A DNA stretch of 64,000 nucleotides. Source: an uncultured Cellvibrionaceae bacterium. Its GTDB lineage: Bacteria > Pseudomonadota > Gammaproteobacteria > Pseudomonadales > Cellvibrionaceae. The stretch spans positions 1,833 through 65,832 of the forward strand of contig CAZOPE010000013.1 in NCBI GenBank assembly GCA_964581625.1, read 5' to 3'. The notes below the pieces were generated by a model. That model was not told where the DNA came from and did not search any database. It worked only from the letters and a program-made list of their open reading frames with translations. A program made the translations under genes and the position numbers. Positions 46,923 to 55,883 of this stretch are shown piece by piece; the stretch's first letter is position 1, and every line of letters starts with the position of its first letter.

Positions 46923-49241
46923 TTATTTGGTCGGAACCAAACGCTGCACGGTTTGCTTTAAAGTCTCACGTTTGATCGGTTTGGTTAAATATTCTTCTGC
47001 TTTTAGGCGGTTTTCAAGTTTGCTATCATCCGTCATCGAAATAATAATAACCGGAATATCTTTTAACACTGGGTCTTCTTTTATTTGTTCAAATAATTGC
47101 CATCCCTTTTTATCCTGCAACAGCAAGTCCAAGGTGATAAGTTGCGGTTTTATTTTCTTCAGCAAACTCAGACCAGATTCCGCGTCATAGGCGGTATGCA
47201 CTAAATAACCGTCACCACGCATAGTACGCGCCATAACATCTAAAAAAGCGGGGTCATCATCAATCATTACGATATGCTTGCCGTTCAATTCCGACGTTTT
47301 TTCGACTTCTTGCGCTTCCTGTTCATTTTCCGCATCGTTTTGACCGAAGCTTGCGTCGGGATCTATAGGCAAAGGAATATCCACAATAAAAGTAGAGCCT
47401 TTACCTAATTGGCTTTCTACTTCAATAGTGCCGCCCATTAACTCGCAAAGCTGGCGCGTAATAGATAACCCCAAACCGCTACCCTGAAATTTCCGCGTGG
47501 TGCTGCTGTCAGCTTGCCGGAAAGGATCGAAGATGTGTTGTTGTTGCTCTGGAGAAATACCGATTCCCGTATCGCTCACGGTAATGTAGATACGATTCGG
47601 CTCGTGATGCGCCTGTAAAGTTACAATCCCACCCGGAGAAAACTTACTCGCATTCCCGAGAAGGTTAATCATCATGTGCAATAATTTTTCAGGATCTGCT
47701 ACCGGCAAAGTGGCACCGTCGTTTACATCAAGCTTTAACTGGGTAGAGTTTTTCTCGAGTAGAGGCTTCACGGTGCCAACAGCGTCGTCCACCAAACTGG
47801 AGAGTTTTACGTCGGTTAGATCCAAACGCATGCGACCAGATTCAATTTTTGCCAAATCCAATACACCGTTAATGAGTTTTAACAAACGCTCGGAATTATT
47901 GATGACCCGAGAAAGATCTTTTATATGAACTTGATCGTCGCTCAACTTTAAATCTTCAATCACCACTTCGGTATAGCCAATAATCGCTTGTAAAGGTGTA
48001 CGTAATTCATGGCTCATAAGGGACAAAAATTCGCCCTTGGCTTGACTTGCATCCTCAGCTTTGCGTTTTGCAATGGCGAGACGATCACGAGCAAACTGCA
48101 AATCCTGCGCGTGAGCAGCCAGCCGCTGGTTATCGCGTTTTTTGGTGTTGTATGCAAACCATACAGTGATTACTAACGCCAAACCAAGAATTACAAGACC
48201 CCACGCATACATGAGCGCCTTTTTCTGGATGCCGACCGTTTCATCCAAGCTGGCAATGGCATCTTTTTGTTTTTTGAGCTCAACTTCCTGATTCTTAATG
48301 GTCCAATCCAATTCAAGTACACGTTTTTCGCGCGCATCAATTTCACGAACAATTTTGGTCAATTCTTGCTGCTGAGTGTTCAGTTCTTTTGTTCGCTGCT
48401 CCACTTCATTTACCAAGGTCAAGCGCTCCTGCTTGCCTTTTTCCAGCTGTTCATTTTGTGCAGCGATCAAAGCGTCACTTTTCTGAATATCCTTATTTAA
48501 ATCGGACATTTGCTTTTCTAGGCGCGCCGTTAAGGCTTCTTGGTTTTGAATATTTGCTGTCAAATCGGCAAGGGTCTTTTCACGTATTTGCATTTGTTTT
48601 TGCAAATTCACTAATGATGTTTGCCCTTCACGGAATAATTTAGCCACATCAATTTCTGTACCACCGTTTAATATCAATTCTGGGAGCGGCTTCAAACCCT
48701 GATTAATGAGATTTGATTTATTCACTTCAAACCGCAGGCGATCATTTGCTGCAGATAACAGATTAATCATCACAAGTTGTTTGTTGGAAAAATCATAAGT
48801 CACCAAGAGTACTGGCTTACCCTCAACAGCGCTGTATATATCTGTGAGGGTTTGATTGCTAGCATCTTCAACGTATACCAACTGATATTTCCCTAGGGCT
48901 TTTAGTGTGCTCACGTTCGAGACGGTAATGGGTAAATTTCTGACGGTTACTTTTTCAGCTAGTAATTGCAACTCTGAATAGATGGGCGTTTTTTCGGCAC
49001 CGTATACCGCAATATCAAAAGAGTTGATGCCCGATTCATTCGGCCACTCGATATTTTTGGCAAAGTTGTAAATATAAGATGCGGTAATGCGTTGCTTATT
49101 GGCTTGCTGCGCTTGGGCAGAGCTTTCAATGCTCAAGAAAAATAATGCTAGGAGCCAAGCTAGGTAGCGAGAAATGTATGGAGAAGAAAGAATAAAACCC
49201 GAGCAGCGCGAATAATAATTATGCATGTGGCTTTTATACAT
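46923..49241 (-). CDS. Hybrid histidine kinase: YfiR/DUF4154 periplasmic domain, coiled coil, TM, HisKA-HATPase, REC
   Basis: SYIYNFAKNIEWP, RLRFEVNK, LMSHELRTPL, NASKF, DTGIGI, GSGLGL, LITLDLLL. Confidence 0.9.
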   Translation of the reverse strand: MYKSHMHNYYSRCSGFILSSPYISRYLAWLLALFFLSIESSAQAQQANKQRITASYIYNFAKNIEWPNESGINSFDIAVYGAEKTPIYSELQLLAEKVTVRNLPITVSNVSTLKALGKYQLVYVEDASNQTLTDIYSAVEGKPVLLVTYDFSNKQLVMINLLSAANDRLRFEVNKSNLINQGLKPLPELILNGGTEIDVAKLFREGQTSLVNLQKQMQIREKTLADLTANIQNQEALTARLEKQMSDLNKDIQKSDALIAAQNEQLEKGKQERLTLVNEVEQRTKELNTQQQELTKIVREIDAREKRVLELDWTIKNQEVELKKQKDAIASLDETVGIQKKALMYAWGLVILGLALVITVWFAYNTKKRDNQRLAAHAQDLQFARDRLAIAKRKAEDASQAKGEFLSLMSHELRTPLQAIIGYTEVVIEDLKLSDDQVHIKDLSRVINNSERLLKLINGVLDLAKIESGRMRLDLTDVKLSSLVDDAVGTVKPLLEKNSTQLKLDVNDGATLPVADPEKLLHMMINLLGNASKFSPGGIVTLQAHHEPNRIYITVSDTGIGISPEQQQHIFDPFRQADSSTTRKFQGSGLGLSITRQLCELMGGTIEVESQLGKGSTFIVDIPLPIDPDASFGQNDAENEQEAQEVEKTSELNGKHIVMIDDDPAFLDVMARTMRGDGYLVHTAYDAESGLSLLKKIKPQLITLDLLLQDKKGWQLFEQIKEDPVLKDIPVIIISMTDDSKLENRLKAEEYLTKPIKRETLKQTVQRLVPTK

Positions 49242-49335
49242 CTTAAGTGGGCCCTATTGATTGCCATCCCTGACATAATTAGCATCAAAAGCGTATGGCC
49301 TAGCATAACCGTTAAAATTGAATCTTGATAGCGGG

Positions 49336-50250
49336 CTATAAAATTGGCTCAACGGGATCAACGTGTGTCATAACATCCAGCACAGGCATACTTTCCATAA
49401 CACGCTCACGAGCTTTAACAGCAATGTCGTGACCTTCAGCGACCGTCATATCGCCCAATATTTCCAAATGAACATCCACAATAATCAAATCACCGGTTTT
49501 GCGGGTACGCAAGTCGTGCAAACCCTGAACACCAGGAGTAGCCAATATAATTGCGCGAATTTTTTCAATTTCCTCCAAGTCGGCTGCGCGATCCATCAAA
49601 TCATTAAGTGAATTCCAGGCGAACCCCCACCCCATTTTTATAACCATCAAGCCCACTACTAAGGCTGCGATAGGATCAAGCAAGGTAAAACCTAACAAGT
49701 TACCACCAATGCCTAAAGCTACAACAAATGAAGAGGCAGCATCGGAACGTGCGTGCCATGCGTTGGCAATCAATAAAGTGGAACGAAGGCGCTGCCCAAC
49801 CGCAAACATGTAGCGGAATAACAATTCTTTAACAACTAACGCAACCAAAGCCACCCACAAAGCAATCATATGAACTGGAGCAATTACCGAGGGATCTGCC
49901 AATTTGTGCACCGCAGCCCACAACATGCTCACACCTACGGCGAGCAACAACATGCCCAGCACCAAAGACGCTGCATTTTCGTAGCGATAATGGCCATAGT
50001 GATGGTCTTCATCCGGACCTGCTTTGCTGTGGTGGCCCGCAAACAACACCACAAAATCTGAGACCAAATCTGATAACGAATGAATGCCATCTGCAATAAG
50101 CGCTTGTGAGCTTGCAAAAATACCCACAACAATTTGCAAAGCACTTAGCACAATATTGATCACCACACTTATCCAAGTGCAGCGCTGAGCTGCGCGGTGG
50201 TTTTCCACCGCACCGTTTTCTGATGTAGGGTTTAAATTAACAGGTTTCAT
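49336..50250 (-). CDS. Cation diffusion facilitator (FieF-like)
   Basis: ALIADGIHSLSD, HHYGHYRYE, NAWHARSDA, VDVHLEI. Confidence 0.92.
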   Translation of the reverse strand: MKPVNLNPTSENGAVENHRAAQRCTWISVVINIVLSALQIVVGIFASSQALIADGIHSLSDLVSDFVVLFAGHHSKAGPDEDHHYGHYRYENAASLVLGMLLLAVGVSMLWAAVHKLADPSVIAPVHMIALWVALVALVVKELLFRYMFAVGQRLRSTLLIANAWHARSDAASSFVVALGIGGNLLGFTLLDPIAALVVGLMVIKMGWGFAWNSLNDLMDRAADLEEIEKIRAIILATPGVQGLHDLRTRKTGDLIIVDVHLEILGDMTVAEGHDIAVKARERVMESMPVLDVMTHVDPVEPIL

Positions 50251-50255
50251 TAAAT

Positions 50256-52268
50256 TTATTCACGCGCCCGCATCGGAATTTTATATCTCTGCTCACGGTA
50301 CAACAAAGACGGCAATATTACGTGTGCCATCGCTTTATCAACTTGCGCTTGCGAAGGACTTTCATTTTTCATAGTAAGCTCACCTTTTGCGGCATCGTAA
50401 CGGCCAAGTAACGGGCTTTTGTTAGGCCTTAAAATGGTAGCCGCATCGCCTTCCAACCACGCAAAATAATTATCAAATTGCATGAGCGCCCGCCCTGGTG
50501 TTTCGTTATCTTTGGCGAAATCACGGCCAATCATTGGGTGCTCACTGGTTATGCCCATTAACGACAAGAGTGTCGGCGCCAAATCAATTTGGCTTGCCAA
50601 GTGCGCAATACGTTTTGGCTGAACATCCGCCCCCATAATCAAGCCTGGAATGTGGAATTTTTTTATGGGTACTAAACTATCCCCGTAAACGCGGTTATCG
50701 TGATCTGCAACAATCAGGAAAATAGTATCTTTCCAATAGGCTTGTTTTTTCGCTTCATTAATAAACTTACCTAACGCGTAATCGGCGTACTTAACAGCGT
50801 TATTAACGGTTTGTTTAGTGGAGTCGTGCAACTCGATACGGCCATCGGGGAATTCAAAAGGCTCATGGTTGGACGAACTAAAAATCAAACTGAAAAAAGG
50901 CTTATTTTCTGAATGCAACTGCTGCAATCGCTCAAGTGACTTGTTAAATAAATCTTCATCGCTTGCGCCCCAACTACCAACGAACACGGGGTTTGGTATA
51001 TCACCACGATCAACCACCTGTTGAAAACCGTTACCGGTAAAAAAGCCGCGCATATTATCGAAATGGGCTTCACCGCCATACACAAACTCTGTGTGATAAC
51101 CTTGCTCACCCAAACCTAAGGCCAAGGTGTAAAAATTGTGTTGTGCTAGCGAAAGTTTAACCACGCTACGTGCAGGTGTTGGAGCGTAACCTGAAACAAC
51201 GGCTTCAATTCCCCGCACAGAACGCGTACCTGTTGCGTAAAGCTGCTCAAACCACCAGCCTTCATTTTTTAGCTTTTCTAACTCTGGCGTAACGGGTAAT
51301 CCGCCAAGGGATTCCACAAATGTTGCACCTAAACTTTCTTCCAAAACAATAACCAAGTTGAGTGGCTTTTCCCGGGCTACAGCCGGAACTTGGCGATGCA
51401 ATGTTGGATAGTCCGTTGATGCAAATTCATATCCACTCAACCAAGGAGCAGCCTTAACCTGCTGAAATACTTTTTCACGGGGGAAAGCGCCGTAAATTTC
51501 CGACGAATTAGCCTCACGGCGCATTCCGTTCAAAGCATCAAAAACAGACCAGCCGGAATTAATAATTAGCGAGTTCACTAGCGCATCGCCAGACAAAGCA
51601 AACAAGGCAGGGTTCGCAGGGCGATGATCTGTAGTAGACCTCACCTGAAGAAAAACCAAAATAAAAATAAGGGGCCAGGATAATAAGAGCTTTTTTGTAG
51701 ACCAGAGTTGTATATTCGCAGAGGCCTCATCAAGGATTTTATAAATTCCCAAACCCAACAGAATTGTAAAACCAACACCTAAAATAAGTGCCAAACGAAA
51801 ACCGTTCCATAAGGTGGATAAAACTTCTTTTGGATAAGAGAGATATTCAATAAATAATCGATTAGGACGTAAGTCAAACTGCATCATAAATGGCGGCGTC
51901 GATAACTCCATAAATATTACGAACACCAACGCAAACGTCGCCCAACTCAAATTGAATAACCGCCACGCGCGTACGGATACTCTGTGCGCTAACAAAGGCG
52001 CCAATAAAACAGCTATAGCGAAAAAGTACCCCAAGAGAATCAAATCCGCGCGTATGCCTTGCAAGATCATATCGCTCACAATACCGGCAGCGCTAACGCG
52101 ATCCCATTGCCATGCCATTAACCCCCATCTCGATAGGGATAACACAACTAAACCGAGCAACAACATTTGAACCATTGTTGCGTAGGGGCCGGCCCAAGCG
52201 GTGAGAGAAGTCATACCTGTTGCGAATTTGGCGAGCCGCTGCTTTATCGCACCAATTATCTTTATCAT
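50256..52268 (-). CDS. LTA-synthase/sulfatase-family membrane protein (phosphoglycerol-transferase-like)
   Basis: Five N-terminal TMs, NLVIVLEESL, GTRSVRG, SNHEPF, LIVADH, ASQIDLAPT. Confidence 0.88.
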   Translation of the reverse strand: MIKIIGAIKQRLAKFATGMTSLTAWAGPYATMVQMLLLGLVVLSLSRWGLMAWQWDRVSAAGIVSDMILQGIRADLILLGYFFAIAVLLAPLLAHRVSVRAWRLFNLSWATFALVFVIFMELSTPPFMMQFDLRPNRLFIEYLSYPKEVLSTLWNGFRLALILGVGFTILLGLGIYKILDEASANIQLWSTKKLLLSWPLIFILVFLQVRSTTDHRPANPALFALSGDALVNSLIINSGWSVFDALNGMRREANSSEIYGAFPREKVFQQVKAAPWLSGYEFASTDYPTLHRQVPAVAREKPLNLVIVLEESLGATFVESLGGLPVTPELEKLKNEGWWFEQLYATGTRSVRGIEAVVSGYAPTPARSVVKLSLAQHNFYTLALGLGEQGYHTEFVYGGEAHFDNMRGFFTGNGFQQVVDRGDIPNPVFVGSWGASDEDLFNKSLERLQQLHSENKPFFSLIFSSSNHEPFEFPDGRIELHDSTKQTVNNAVKYADYALGKFINEAKKQAYWKDTIFLIVADHDNRVYGDSLVPIKKFHIPGLIMGADVQPKRIAHLASQIDLAPTLLSLMGITSEHPMIGRDFAKDNETPGRALMQFDNYFAWLEGDAATILRPNKSPLLGRYDAAKGELTMKNESPSQAQVDKAMAHVILPSLLYREQRYKIPMRARE

Positions 52269-52358
52269 TTTTCAAATTCCTGAAGGCTTTACTAAAAATT
52301 TGGAGGAAGGCCGCAAACTAGGCTAGCGAATGATTAATCGTTATAATTCCAAAGCTTT

Positions 52359-54584
52359 TTGCCTTTCACAGCGATTATAACCGAAGCCCACCATTCCAGC
52401 ACCAAGGGTCCCAGCTTGACGCATTTATCTTACAGCACGCTTAACATTGGCCCCTATCAGGGAAATATTGCACCTGAATTTGACAATGACACATTGCGAA
52501 CAAATTTGGCTTGCATTACCAACTTTTTAAAAAGCCCCAAGGCAGTTCGCTTGTCGAATGGCGTGGATTATGTTGTGCGGGTGCCCATTAATACCCTGAA
52601 TGGGGAAATAGTTGTTGCACTCAAAGTTTTCAAGCGTCAAAGCTTGCTTAAGGATCGCTTCGATCAAAAGAACAAGTCGAAAGCTGAGCGTTCATTTAAC
52701 GCAGCGGCCTATTTAAAAGCCCATGAGATAGGAACCCCAGCGCCTGTTGCTTGGCTTGATCGCTGGGAAAACAATCGCTTGATTGAAAGCTACTTTCTAA
52801 GCATTTTTCAACCGGCAATTTGTTTCAGAGACGCGCTTACCGATCTATACAATGGCGAACGTGACAACGCGCTCTTGATGGAATTATTACATTTAGTCGC
52901 TCCCGCTATAAAGCAAATGCATGATCATCAATTTATGCACGGCGATTTGGGCAACCAAAATATATTGCTCCCCAAAAACGCAGATGGATCTTGGGGGCAA
53001 CCGCAATTTATTGATTTGAACCGCTGTGCAATTCCTGGGCGGCCACTAACAGATAAAGAGCGAGCATTTGATTTGTCTCGCCCCATATTGCCAGGCAATT
53101 ACCTCAATTTTTTTAAATATATTTACTGTAATCATGATATGCCGTCCAAGGCGCTTGAGCGGCACGAAAAAACTTATCGCGAGCGCTTTGCATTCCATCG
53201 AAAATCCAAACACTTTCGCCACCCTATTCGCTTTTTGAAAAACCGCCACAAAAAGCCGGCACATGCTTATCCAGATCCAAAAGATTATTGGTTATGGGAT
53301 GAAAAAACAGCTCAACCCATGATTGCACTTTCAAAGAAGGAGAAAAGCCAGCAGCGATTTTTTATGAATTCGCTAAAAATTATTGGTGGCACGCTCAGCG
53401 CACTACCCGGCATTTTTACGCGCTACCGTTCATTAAAAAAGCAGAGTTTTAAGCAACCAGTAGTATTAAAAAACCGTATTGGCGTAGCCCTTCATCCGCA
53501 TGATGATTACATTGAACATGAATTAAGGCTGCTTGGTGAATTAGGGAATCCACCTATACTCATTCGTTTTTGCCGCCACGAAACTGACGCCATTTGGGAT
53601 AAAACAATTGCGCTTGTTCAGCGCCTTCATACCCAAGGCGTGGAAGTTATGGTTGCGCTCTTGCAGGATCGCCAAGCAGTTCTACAACCAGAGCTTTGGT
53701 CTGTGTTTTTGCATAAAATAATTCCTGCCATTGCTCAGCACACACAACACATTGAAATCACGCATGCTTTCAATCGAATTAAATGGGGAATTTGGACCTT
53801 AAATGAATGGCAACAATTGATTAACCCTGCTTTTGAATTACAAAAGCAATTTCCTCACATTCAACTTACTGGGCCAGCCTGTATTGATTTCGAATATATG
53901 CCGGTGATTGGTGCGTTAAAATCGTTGAAACCTGGGCAAAAGTTTTCCGCTCTTTCGCATCTCTTATATGTGGATAGACGCGGAGCGCCTGAAAATCCGC
54001 AAGGCCCTTTCGCAACACTGGAAAAGTGCGCTTTATTAAAAGCGTTGACACACGTAACACCCAACTGCGATGACAAGGTTATTATCTCTGAAGTTAACTG
54101 GCCAATTGAAAATACCGACATCTGGTCACCTATCGTATGCCCTTATGTGACGCCAAAGTGGAAAGAAAAACCTTCTGGCGAATCTGAAGCGGCTTATGCC
54201 AATTACATGTTGCGTTACATTGTTATTGCAATTTGCTCCGGGCATGTCGACCAATTGTTTTGGTGGCGCTTATCCGCAAAAGGTTACGGATTAATTGATG
54301 ATCAAAATCAATTTAAACCACGCCTTGCTTATTCAGCACTGCAATACTTTTTTGTGCGCTTAGGCGATTCAACTTTTATCAAACGCTGGCCATCCGTAAA
54401 AAATATTTATGTGATGGAGTTTCAGAATGATACCCAGCAAATACTTATGTTGTGGTGTATCAATGGTGAGTCTACGGATTTGCCCAAGTTTGATGCGCAG
54501 AAAACCTATGACCGGGACGGAAACTCGCTGAAAAAAGCAGTTATATCCGAGTCACCCATTTATTTAGTTCGTGGGCTGCTTTAA
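52359..54584 (+). CDS. LPS kinase (Kdo/WaaP family) fused to a glycoside-hydrolase-like TIM barrel
   Basis: VALKVFKR, HGDLGNQNILL, FIDLNR; C-half IEITHAFN, LSHLLY, IISEVNWP, QLFWWRL, GYGLID. Start codon uncertain. Confidence 0.75.
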   Translation: MPFTAIITEAHHSSTKGPSLTHLSYSTLNIGPYQGNIAPEFDNDTLRTNLACITNFLKSPKAVRLSNGVDYVVRVPINTLNGEIVVALKVFKRQSLLKDRFDQKNKSKAERSFNAAAYLKAHEIGTPAPVAWLDRWENNRLIESYFLSIFQPAICFRDALTDLYNGERDNALLMELLHLVAPAIKQMHDHQFMHGDLGNQNILLPKNADGSWGQPQFIDLNRCAIPGRPLTDKERAFDLSRPILPGNYLNFFKYIYCNHDMPSKALERHEKTYRERFAFHRKSKHFRHPIRFLKNRHKKPAHAYPDPKDYWLWDEKTAQPMIALSKKEKSQQRFFMNSLKIIGGTLSALPGIFTRYRSLKKQSFKQPVVLKNRIGVALHPHDDYIEHELRLLGELGNPPILIRFCRHETDAIWDKTIALVQRLHTQGVEVMVALLQDRQAVLQPELWSVFLHKIIPAIAQHTQHIEITHAFNRIKWGIWTLNEWQQLINPAFELQKQFPHIQLTGPACIDFEYMPVIGALKSLKPGQKFSALSHLLYVDRRGAPENPQGPFATLEKCALLKALTHVTPNCDDKVIISEVNWPIENTDIWSPIVCPYVTPKWKEKPSGESEAAYANYMLRYIVIAICSGHVDQLFWWRLSAKGYGLIDDQNQFKPRLAYSALQYFFVRLGDSTFIKRWPSVKNIYVMEFQNDTQQILMLWCINGESTDLPKFDAQKTYDRDGNSLKKAVISESPIYLVRGLL

Positions 54585-54691
54585 GAAGTTGAACGAGGCT
54601 AATTGGTTTCCCGGAATAAGTTCGGCAACCCACAGAATTACACCTAGTGTGAGCGCATGATAATTTTTAAACGGCGCAAAGGGAGAACCCC

Positions 54692-55228
54692 ATGAAACGC
54701 ATCGGCCTATTTATTTTGGCTTTAATCACTCTATCTCTGACCAGTTGCTTAGGAAAGCCCGAGAAAATTGTACCTGTTACTCATTTTCAATCTGACCATT
54801 ACTTAGGTACTTGGTACGAAATTGCGCGTCTGGATTTTTACCACGAAAAAGGAATGACCCACGTTACTGCCCATTACAGTTTGCGTGAAGACGGTGGAAT
54901 TAAAGTGCTAAATCGAGGTTATCTTGCAGAGAAAGGACGCTGGCGTGAAGCTGAAGGAAAAGCCTATTTTGTAGAAGATAAAAATACAGCGTATTTAAAA
55001 GTGTCCTTCTGGGGCCCTTTTTATAGTTCCTACATCGTTTTTGATCTCGATGAAAATTATCAATACGCCTTGGTGACGAGCTCCAGCAAATCCAATTTGT
55101 GGTTACTGGCTAGAACGCCTACCATTTCTGGTGAGGTTAAAGCCAGTATGCTCGCGAAAGCGGCTGCGCTAGGCTTTGATACCAACAAGCTGGTTTATGT
55201 AGAGCAATCGGAAAAGCCTCCACAATAA
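54692..55228 (+). CDS. blc: Outer-membrane lipocalin
   Basis: Lipobox LTSC, YLGTWYEIARLD, LKVSFWGPF, YQYALV, LWLLARTP. Confidence 0.92.
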   Translation: MKRIGLFILALITLSLTSCLGKPEKIVPVTHFQSDHYLGTWYEIARLDFYHEKGMTHVTAHYSLREDGGIKVLNRGYLAEKGRWREAEGKAYFVEDKNTAYLKVSFWGPFYSSYIVFDLDENYQYALVTSSSKSNLWLLARTPTISGEVKASMLAKAAALGFDTNKLVYVEQSEKPPQ

Positions 55229-55235
55229 ACGCTAA

Positions 55236-55604
55236 TCAGTGGCTTATCATCCATGGGCGCATTGAGGGAAACATTTTGTTGCCCTCAGCTGTAAACATTA
55301 GCGCCGATTTGCGAATTGGCTTATCGCCACAACCACAGCCCTTTCCATGCTTATGTTGATGCCGGGCTTTTTGCTCCGCACGATAATCGGGTGTGGAAAA
55401 AACAGGTTCGTTCATTGCTTTTTCATTGCGCGAATGTGCGGCACGGTTTTCTTTTTTCATATCCAGAAATTCTGGCGCAACCATAATGACACGCGCAGAT
55501 AAATTTCCGCAGGTTGGGCAAGCGCAGGGCTGGCTCGAGTTTTCCATGGTGTTTAACTCGTGAAATAAGCCATGTTCTGTGCATTTGTAATCGTAGACGG
55601 GCAT
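55236..55604 (-). CDS. fmdB: FmdB-family zinc-ribbon protein
   Basis: MPVYDYKCTEHG..CPTCG; C-terminal FPSMRPWMISH. Confidence 0.88.
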   Translation of the reverse strand: MPVYDYKCTEHGLFHELNTMENSSQPCACPTCGNLSARVIMVAPEFLDMKKENRAAHSRNEKAMNEPVFSTPDYRAEQKARHQHKHGKGCGCGDKPIRKSALMFTAEGNKMFPSMRPWMISH

Positions 55605-55640
55605 GATTATTCTCCTAATGCAGTTAAGTATAATTTCATA

Positions 55641-55860
55641 TCTTTTTCGCCTGTTGGCGAGTCACTTTTCGTTGCTTGTCCAACGAAAAGTAACCAAAAG
55701 AAAAGACACCCCTCTCGTTCCATCTCCTCCGCGTTTCAGAAAATAGCCGTCGTTCCGGTGCGACATCCCTGTCGCATCGTCACTAAAACAAACTTCCTGT
55801 TTGTTTTACGACTATTTTCTTCCAATGCTCAGGGAACTCGCAGGGGCCCGTGGCGACAAT
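55641..55860. repeat. Highly structured non-coding element (MITE/REP-like) between fmdA and fmdB
   Basis: Several nested hairpins within ~220 nt (see findings); only one copy in this window. Confidence 0.6.
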
Positions 55861-55883
55861 AGTTAGCTTTTTGAGCGCATGAA

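Noticed and set aside
55572-55862. 96-aa plus-strand ORF
   Set aside because: Translation of the structured element, antisense to fmdB; not protein-like.
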